A stretch of DNA of 33,329 nucleotides. It comes from Octopus bimaculoides. Lineage: Eukaryota. Where the stretch lies: assembly GCF_001194135.2 (NCBI RefSeq), contig NC_068982.1, positions 156,422,690 to 156,456,018 on the forward strand, given 5' to 3'. The position numbers and the translations under genes are program-made. The notes under the pieces are model-generated. The model ran no database searches. It was not told the DNA's origin and was given only the letters and a program-made list of their open reading frames with translations. This document shows, piece by piece, positions 24,812 through 33,329 of this stretch; the first letter of the stretch is position 1, and each line of letters opens with the position of its first letter.

Positions 24812-26175
24812 NNNNNNNNNNNNNNNNNNNNNNNNNNNNNNNNNNNNNNNNNNNNNNNNNNNNNNNNNNNNNNNNNNNNNNNNNNNNNNNNNNNNNNNNN
24901 NNNNNNNNNNNNNNNNNNNNNNNNNNNNNNNNNNNNNNNNNNNNNNNNNNNNNNNNNNNNNNNNNNNNNNNNNNNNNNNNNNNNNNNNNNNNNNNNNNNN
25001 NNNNNNNNNNNNNNNNNNNNNNNNNNNNNNNNNNNNNNNNNNNNNNNNNNNNNNNNNNNNNNNNNNNNNNNNNNNNNNNNNNNNNNNNNNNNNNNNNNNN
25101 NNTATATATATATACATACATGCATACACACACATACATATATATAAATATATATATGCTTAAATAAAAGGAAATGTGTGTGTGTATATATATATAGACA
25201 CATTGTTACATACATGCATACAAACGTACATATATTTGTGTGTATTTACAAAACAATCACAACAACATTAACATCAACATTAATACATTAATATCAGCTA
25301 AAGTGACATCAGCAGCAGTATTAGATTAAGCAGATGTTAAAGAAAAAAAAATGAATATAAACGAAAAAGTTAAAACCGAGAGAGATCTGAAAAATTAAAA
25401 ATAAAATATATAATATACATAATATATTTAGAAATAAATAAATAAAAACGAAAGTTATAATAAACAAATAATGAAACAAGCAAACAAGCTCAAAAGCAAA
25501 GAAATAAATAAACAAATATTAGAATTCTTCTCACGAGGCGAGAAAGATTGTTGGTTGGAAAAACATAGACGACTATTTCGTTGAAAAATGAAGAAAAATT
25601 CTTCAGTAGTAGTCAAAAAATAACTGAATGCAATGCGATAAGTATTTCATAGAAACACGACAAGGAAATTTAAGTTTTTCACCAAAACCGTTAATATAAA
25701 ACAAAAGTTTTCAATATTCATCTCATCTCATTTCTGATTTAATGAAAACTGAGAACAACGCGCGAACGTATTGAAGAAATAATAATACAAAAAAAAAAAG
25801 AAAATAATAATAATAATAAAAAACTGAAAAAGTTATGCAAAAGAGAAAAAAGTAAAAAAACAAAACAATGAATAAATACATAATTCAAGACAAAGAAAAA
25901 AATAGAGACAAAATCAACTACAATATTCCGTTGGAATTGATGAAGTTATTTGACAATCGTGATGTATTTTCGCAGAGAAAAATTCCACAGATTAACAAAC
26001 GCTAACGTAAAGAATTCTAGCGTCGAATGAAGTCTGTAAACATTAATATTCGATGCAACAGTAATGTTATATATTCATATTGCTAAACTATGACAAATTC
26101 GTGATGTTAAACATGATGATGGTGATGATGTGAGATACTATACTAATACTATGTGTGTGTACGTGTGTGTATGTG

Positions 26176-26266
<91 letters not shown>

Positions 26267-26338
26267 CTGTGTGCATATATGTATATATACTAACTGTTAG
26301 TAAATATATATTTATATCTATATATGCATATAGATAAG

Positions 26339-26369
<31 letters not shown>

Positions 26370-26540
26370 ATACATATGTATGTATATTATACGCGCACAC
26401 ACAAACATACACATACACATATACATTTGCATGCATAAACACTCACACGCACTCAAACACATGTACAAATACAAATTTTGTCCTGAACAACAAATTTCTG
26501 TTATAGTAAATGGAAATACGGTAGTGCATCACATATAGAT

Positions 26541-26760
26541 TACAATCCTTTGTACCAGAGGTACAAAGGCTGAATTATGGGGGTGGGCGGTGGTGTTGGT
26601 TGATTACATCTACTCAACTGGCACTTATTTCATCAACCCCGAAAGTGCAAAAAGCTGAGTCGACCTCGGTGAAATTTCAACCCAGAACATAAAAACCATG
26701 AAGAAATGCTGCTCAGAAATTTTGTCCGGCGTGCTAAAGATTCTACCAGCTCACCGCCTT
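26541..26760 (-). mobile_element. Diverged full-length family B SINE
   Basis: Reverse complement reads AAGGCGGTGAGCTGGTAGAATCTTTAGCACGCCGG..GGGTTGAAATTTCACCGAGGTCGAC..CTTTCGGGGTTGATGAAATAAGTGCCAG, collinear with 4111-4322. Confidence 0.88.
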
Positions 26761-27448
26761 ACATATTTGTTAGAAGATACAAAACTGAGATCAGCTGAAA
26801 TATCCGAGCGCTTAGTAGGTAAAATCACTTTCTATGAGTGTTTAAAATCTAAAATGCAAGAATCATGGAAATGCAGAATTTACATACTCCTTCTACAGTA
26901 CGAAGGACAAATCCCAGCTTATATGTACCTCATCTACAGCACCAATCTTGCGCGTGACACATTGAAACACGACTGGACGTTTAAGTTACAGATACATTCA
27001 ATCCGATAGCTTTTCTACAGTTTCCGTCTAAGTAATTTCGCTTACAACGTATCGGTTTAACCAAGGATAAAAAAAAATGACGGAGGTGTCAGACATCGTA
27101 CAATGGAATAGAACTTGTGACCTCATTAGAACATAATTCGCTTACTTAAAGATATATACACATACATCCATAATATCAATATCTAAATATCTGTGTGTAT
27201 ACATATGTGTGTTTGTATGTTAATGTGCATGTTGGTGTGCTTGTTCATGCGTATGTCGAAATGAGGATAGCCGCATTGAGTCAACGAAATAACTCGGGAC
27301 AAAATCCTGGAAAGCTTCACCAAATATATGATAAGAGGTTACAATGAACAACAGGCACTTATTGAGAGCAGGTCATGCTCATGCTTGCAACTTTCTCCCC
27401 TTGCAGCAAATTTCCTGAAGATTAGTAATTTTTTCCCCTACAACTTAC

Positions 27449-27554
27449 CTCTTTAATTGGCATTTGAAAAGGAGAATGAGGTCTACCACCGTGAGGAAAA
27501 TGCCTGTCCTCAACTATCTCACATTTCTTCTCCACATCCATCGAACAAAGAAAT
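27449..27554 (-). CDS. Putative 106-nt exon (FLCSMDVEKKCEIVEDRHFPHGGRPHSPFQMPIKE)
   Basis: Acceptor TTTCTTTACTTCTTTGTTCGAACAG and consensus donor GAG|GTAAGT. Only one frame is open, and it ends in phase 0, matching 23439-23519. There is an in-frame ATG at 27541-27539. Confidence 0.45.
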
Positions 27555-28591
27555 CTGTTCGAACAAAGAAGTAAAGAAATCTGTCGAAAGCCGTGGTACG
27601 ATTCGGCTGACAGTCGAATGTGCCCTACACGCAACAGCTTCTATTCGTCATAATTCCATCAATCATCAAGATTTCGTTGCATTTCTTGGCAAAATTGTCA
27701 AAGTAAAAGAAGAAAAGAATGTCAGGCAAAAGTAAACTTCAATACATCAGTTAACGTAAGTATATTTATAAGAACAGTAAAAGGTATCTCAAAAACACGG
27801 ATAAAACAGTACATAGAGAGTGTTCGAAAAAAAGAAAAACTAACCTTGTTCCCACCAATAAAAGTTGCACAACAGAACTCAGTGCTCATAAGCAAAATGT
27901 TGCTTTCATAACACGATGACAATATCATAAACATAATTACATATATGGTGATTATGTCTGAAGATCACCATGTAAATGGCAGAACAACACCGGTCGTTCA
28001 CAGAATGCTAAGTACGCTAAAATATCCTAATATAATAATGAGCGTAGTGTTTTTATATATTTGTATATATGTGTATTTGTCCAGAGTCACGCCGGACGCA
28101 GAGAAGTAGAGAAAATAGTAATTCAGTGAAGGAGAAGTAGTGAGAGTAATAGCCCTGTCTGAGAGGAGTGAGAGAAAGTAATAGCAATGAGAGAAAAGAA
28201 GGGGTGAAATAAATCAGCGTCTCAACTCTGTGTGAGTATGTGTGTGTATGTGTGTGCGTGTACAAGGGAAATATGTGAATGTTTGTGTATGTGATTATTA
28301 TGTACCTTATTTTGAACCTTATTTATATATAAAATACTACAATTAACCGTCCTTACTGATGGCACGTAGTTAGCTAGTTAAACAGAAAGAGCTGCATTTA
28401 CTCCATTACTAAATAAATCGTAACCAACGTTGTCACTCTATTATTAACTGATATAATTAGTGATAGTAATGAAACTGCTCCAAGTGTTAATCGAAACTGT
28501 GTCTTCTATTCACTGCCAAGCCACGGTACTGTTATATCATAATAGAAATTGTTTAATCATTTGATCACGGTAATTGATTCTCCTGGCTTAC

Positions 28592-28677
28592 CTTCTGGAG
28601 TAAAAGGTGAGCATACCATGCTTGGAAATTGCACAGAAGATAAGAAAGTTTACAACAAGGCAATGGTGATAGTTGGA
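28592..28677 (-). CDS. Possible upstream exon (..GMLTFYSR) or 5' UTR exon of the same candidate gene
   Basis: Consensus donor AAG|GTAAGC and acceptor TCTGTTTGTTAG. The open frame, with ATG at 28614-28612, ends in phase 2, which fits the 27554 acceptor. Phase agreement has a one-in-three chance background. Confidence 0.25.
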
Positions 28678-29543
28678 CTAACAAACAGAATTAAAGATCT
28701 GAAACATACTCTATATATCCTCCAGAATATTTAAACTTTCTTTGATCGATCTATTTTCTGTTTGAAAGACATATGTTGTAAGTTGTGTTATCTAAACCAC
28801 TTCTGAATTATTTATATTTGGACAGAAACTTATCTTCGTTTCCGACTCAGTTGGGGCTTACGACGATTGCCAAACGATTGCCAAATTTTCTTTAATGTTT
28901 ATCCGTTGAGATAAGAACAATTTCCAATCGAATTGATGGAGATGGAGAATCGTGTTGTTCTTTTTCTTTTATTTCCCCCCACCTTGCACAGAGAAGAAGA
29001 ATACAATGCTTTTACTGTTTTATAAAAACTAACTAACTAACTAACTAAATAAATAAATAAATATAGCTAAATTGCCTTGCCGCCAAAATCTACTGAGATC
29101 TCAGAGAATAATCAGTAAAAGCAGGGATATTATCGAGTAGGTTTCACAATCTAAACTTCATATTTTATAAATAGCGAACCGTTGTACATCGTGGCAACCA
29201 ACACCAATAACTGATAATATATCAGTTAGAGTGATATTTATTCATTGGATGCAATTTGACATTTGGTGTTGATTTTGTTGTTGTTGTTTTTATATTTATC
29301 TATCAGAAGTAGGATGCAGTGCCACCACTGCTAATTTATCTAATAAATGTAGGTATTCGTCTCAATATATAGATTAGCATTTTTTTCTGAATATTTATTT
29401 CTTCACTGCCTCTGGATAAGGGACCTTATAATACAAATGCCTTCATTATTTTGGTTCAAATTTATCCTCCCTATTTTCATCTTTGATTATCTGATAAGGA
29501 TTAATATCTCCATTTAAATAATTGGAAGCGCATTTTTATTATA

Positions 29544-29544
<1 letters not shown>

Positions 29545-29586
<42 letters not shown>

Positions 29587-29636
29587 GTAGTAGTAGTAGT
29601 AGTAGTAGTAATAGTAGTAGTAGTAGTAGTAGTAGT
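29545..29636. repeat. Compound (ATT)n(AGT)n microsatellite
   Basis: Read directly from the sequence. Confidence 0.96.
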
Positions 29637-30394
29637 TTTTACCTATCTAAAAAATTTCACGCAATGTTCTTCACAATTTAGAAAGTGCAAGTTAAATTCA
29701 TATTTAGAACAGTTAAATATCACAGAAATGTAATCACCAAATCGAAAGTAATTGATATGATCCCTCTATAAAAATTCTGCAAACTTTCAACTTTCAATGT
29801 AACTTTTATCAGAAGACAGAATGTTATAAAATAGAACCTTTATATTATTGGAAATAACTGTAATTTGGAACACTGCCGTTTTAACAACTCACTACCGGTT
29901 TAAGGTAGGAAGGATGCATTCGATACTGTTGTTCTAGATATCATAAATCTAAAAACAAAACAAAAATTCAATATTTACATTGGAAAATATTTAAACATAC
30001 GCTTTATCAAGTACATTGGTGCAAGAACTCCAAGTATCTTACTGGTATTAGTTAGTTTTTTTTTAAGAGCAATATATAGGTAAGAGGGAACTGAATGAAT
30101 TTAGCACAACGTCGAAATTCGTTACAATTGTTTCTGTACCATTCCGTTTCTTATTCTGTGTTGAATATGGTAGTTGAATATGTCGGTATGACACGCCATC
30201 AAACAAGCTTTAAGCTGTATCTGTTTCGATCCTGCAAAAATTTGCATTGAACGTAGAATGTATGGGGACGAAATGAGTACAAAAATAAGGATAATGGAAA
30301 ATGATAAAACAAAACAGCCATAACAACAGTAGCAACATCATCTACGGCAACAACAAAAACGGGAACAACTACAACACCAACAATAATAATATTG

Positions 30395-30490
30395 AGAAGA
30401 AGAAGAAGAAGAAGAAGAAGAAGAAGAAGAAGAAGAANNNNNNNNNNAAGAAGAAGAAGAAGAAGAAGAAGAAGAAGAAGAAGAAGAAGA
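30395..30490. repeat. (AAG)n microsatellite with a 10-N gap
   Basis: Read directly from the sequence. Confidence 0.97.
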
Positions 30491-30491
30491 A

Positions 30492-30715
30492 TGTATTGGG
30501 TTCAATATCACCCAATCTGAAAAAAGTATCTGAAAAGCTTAGAGATACCCTACAATCTAGATGTATTGCAAACGTCGGCATTACTTGGAACTACACGTAT
30601 ATTGCGTAAAGTACTGTCTGTCTGAGATCCTTGTGACTTGACAGAGAGTACAAACCTTCGGTAAACACAATATCTTCAATCAATAACCTCACGATATTGC
30701 ATATTGTGTGACGTC

Positions 30716-30775
<60 letters not shown>
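30492..30775 (+). mobile_element. 5'-truncated R4/Dong-type (restriction-like endonuclease) non-LTR retrotransposon 3' end with (TAA)n
   Basis: With one frameshift in an A run it reads VLGSISPNLK/KYLKSLEIPYNLDVLQTSALLGTTRILRKVLSV* (stop at 30623-30625). LQ..ALLGT..ILRKVL is typical of RLE-type ORF ends. A 3' UTR of about 90 nt follows, then (TAA)n. Confidence 0.85.
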
Positions 30776-30776
<1 letters not shown>

Positions 30777-30828
30777 TTGATGATGATGATGATGATGATA
30801 ATAAAACTTTAAAAGATCTAAACATAAA

Positions 30829-31240
30829 TAGGCGTAGGAGTGGCTGTGTGGTAAATAGCTTGCTTACAGACCACATGGTTCCGGGTTCAGTCCCACTGCG
30901 TGGCACCTTGGGCAAGTGTCTTCTACTATAGCCTCGGGCCGACCAAAGCCTTGTGAGTGGATTTGGTAGTCGGAAACTGAAAGAAGCCCGTCGTATATAT
31001 GTATATGTATATGTATGTTTGTGTGTCTGTGTTTGTCTCCCAAACATCGCTTGACAATCGATGCTGGTGTGTTTAGGTCCCCCGTAAATTATCGGTTCGG
31101 CAAAAGAGACCGATAGAATAAGTACTAGGCTTACAAAGAATAAGTCCTGGGGTCGATTTGCTCGACTAAAGGTAGTGCTCCAGCATGGCCACAGTCAAAT
31201 GACTGAAACAAGTAAAAGAGTAAAAGAGTAAAAAAGAGTA
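30829..31240 (+). mobile_element. Full-length tRNA-derived CORE-like SINE (family A)
   Basis: A-box-like TGGCTGTGTGG, B box GGTTCAGTCCC, CORE-like ACCTTGGGCAAGTG, internal (TA/TG)n and a (GAGTAAAA)n tail. Three other copies are in the window. It resembles the octopus OR-type SINEs from recall, not verified. Confidence 0.92.
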
Positions 31241-31476
31241 GAAAGAATGAAAATATAAAAATAATAGTGCGAAAAAGAAGAAAATAAAAATATTGCAATG
31301 ATATTAACAGGAAACAAATATAGTAAGAAAAGGAAAGAAAAGAAAAGAAAAGGACAGGGTAGTTTGATATTAACAACATTGATAATAATAAAAATAAAGG
31401 TAATAATGATAACAATAATCATAATACTAATGCTAATAAAACCATTCAAACACAAAAATTTGTAATGATGACGACA

Positions 31477-31477
<1 letters not shown>

Positions 31478-31515
<38 letters not shown>

Positions 31516-31545
31516 TTGATAATGATGATGATGATGATGATGATT
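31478..31545. repeat. (GAT)n microsatellite
   Basis: Read directly from the sequence. Confidence 0.95.
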
Positions 31546-31959
31546 GCAGAAAGAATGGCGGGAGAAAAAGTAAACATAAATAAATGCTTGGATGAAAACA
31601 AGATAATTTGGAATGTGGCGATGTGTTTTGGGTGAAAGAAAATATTACTGATAATAAAATTCCAAGTCTCGCAGTAGTGAGATGTATTTGTGATAATGAT
31701 GAAAAATAAAAATTATGTGGGCGATTATTGTTTGATATTCATGCCAATGAGCCTATTAAAATGGATCAATATAGTATACGAAAAATTAATCAAAGCATAA
31801 ATCTGTGAGCCTCGACCCTAAGTGCTGATCAATGGAAGGAGGACAACATGACGAAAAAAAAAAAAGAGATATAAACGTAATAAAAATGGAGATGAAGTGA
31901 AAATGGAAAATAACAAATACGTCGAATTCGTTGAAGTGAGCGGACAGATAAATCACAAG

Positions 31960-32365
<406 letters not shown>

Positions 32366-32366
32366 G

Positions 32367-32525
32367 AAGGTGGCGAGCTGGCTGAATCGTTAGCACGTTG
32401 GACAAAATATTTTCGTTCGTCTCTAAGTCATGAGTTCAAATTTCGGACTGGACTCGATACAATTGACTTATCCATCCTATCCCCTCCGAAATTGCTGGCC
32501 TTGTGCCAAAATTTGAAACCACTAT
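32367..32525 (+). mobile_element. Family B SINE with an internal deletion of the central domain
   Basis: Head AAGGTGGCGAGCTGGCTGAATCGTTAGCACG and B box GAGTTCAAATTTC jump straight to the 3' part ..GGCCTTGTGCC. The GGGTCGATAAA..GTACCAG block is missing. Confidence 0.8.
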
Positions 32526-32705
32526 GAAAGCGTTAACATGCCGGGCAAATATTCAGAGGCGTTTCTTCTGGCTTTACGTTCTGAGTTCAAATTCCGCCGG
32601 GGCCCACTTTGCATTTTGTCCTTTCGCGGGTCGATGAAATAAGTAACAGCAGAAGTGTGAGGCCACTTTAATTTCAGGCCTTGTGCCTATAGTCGAAAGG
32701 ATTAT
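32526..32705 (+). mobile_element. 5'-truncated family B SINE in tandem with the previous copy
   Basis: Reads CGTTAACATGCCGGGCAAAT..TTTACGTTCTGAGTTCAAATTCCGCC..CCTTTCGCGGGTCGATGAAATAAGTA..GGCCTTGTGCCTATAG. Confidence 0.85.
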
Positions 32706-33157
32706 AACTATTATTGTGGCTGTTGTTGCTATTATTAGTATTTGTGGTCGTGGTGGTGGTAGTAGTAGTAGTTGTGTTGTTGTTGTTGTTGTTGTTGTTA
32801 GTGATGGTGGTTGTGGTAGTGGTGGTGATGGTGCTGTTAAAGTGCAGGGAGCAAGTTACGGTAGGATGGATGCGATGATGGCTTCCGATCTCGTTAGTGG
32901 CTAGTAGTAGTAGTGGTGGTGGCGGTGGTAGTAGCAGTGGTGAATCATGTTAATGATTATGTGGCTGATAATGAATGTGATGGTAATGATTATGATGGTA
33001 AACATCAAAATCTGCCGTCGTCGTTTTCATCATTATGATTGTCATCATCATCATCATCGCCATTATCATCATCGGTCAACTAATTTTCCCCCCAAAGACA
33101 GTCTGCTACCCAATATGTCAAAAACAAATGACATCTCTTCCATTCTGTGTTTGTCTT

Positions 33158-33329
33158 TCTCTTCTTCTTCTTCTTCTTCTTCTTCTTCTTCTTCTTCTTC
33201 TTCTTCTTCATAGGTGTAGCTGCCACGGTCACCATCTCCCTCCTCCTCCTCTTCTCCCTCCTCCTCTTCTCCCTCCTCCTCTTCTCCCTCCTCCTCTTCT
33301 CCCTCCTCCTCTTCTCCCTCCTCCTCTTC
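33158..33329. repeat. (TCT)n run followed by a 15-bp tandem repeat (CTCCTCCTCTTCTCC)n to the window edge
   Basis: Read directly. About six units of the 15-mer. Confidence 0.95.

Noticed and set aside
26547-26569. Perfect 10-bp hairpin CCTTTGTACC-AGA-GGTACAAAGG
   Set aside because: It lies in the SINE 3' end and is largely explained by that consensus.
27457-27735. 92-aa + strand ORF (MAFEKENEV..)
   Set aside because: Antisense overlap of the putative minus-strand exon, with no recognisable motif or supporting splice or start context.
27958-28000. CTGAAGA..CCAT-GTAA-ATGG..ACCGGTC hammerhead-like string
   Set aside because: GAAA is not intact and there is no stem I.
28863-28884. Tandem 11-bp duplication ACGATTGCCAA x2
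   Set aside because: Ordinary slippage-type duplication with no further context.
33069-33329. Open minus-strand frame (EEEEG)n..GDGDRGSYTY(E)n KDKHRMEEMSFVFDIL.. at the window edge
   Set aside because: Mostly GAA/GAG repeats that cannot contain stops, with no consensus donor. It cannot be assessed without upstream sequence.

Overview
AT-rich, microsatellite-saturated eukaryotic DNA. It is most likely from a coleoid cephalopod (Octopus-like), which I infer from the SINE families present and cannot verify here. There are eight assembly gaps (9567-10131, 11453-11806, 12980-13263, 16901-17260, 21827-21994, 24018-24087, 24812-25102, 30438-30447), most abutting (TA)n, so nearly all ORF-track entries are microsatellite or N artefacts. 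Recognisable content is decayed mobile DNA: two CR1/L2-type LINE fragments, a Penelope GIY-YIG fragment, an R4/Dong-type 3' end, a possible RTE 3' end, eight SINE copies from two tRNA-derived families, and a 547-bp mariner fold-back element made of two inverted transposase 3' ends. The hunt also gave two degenerate Penelope-type hammerhead ribozyme motifs, several long hairpins, a templated-insertion repair scar, and a speculative spliced minus-strand gene for a small protein of about 57-69 aa that I do not recognise.
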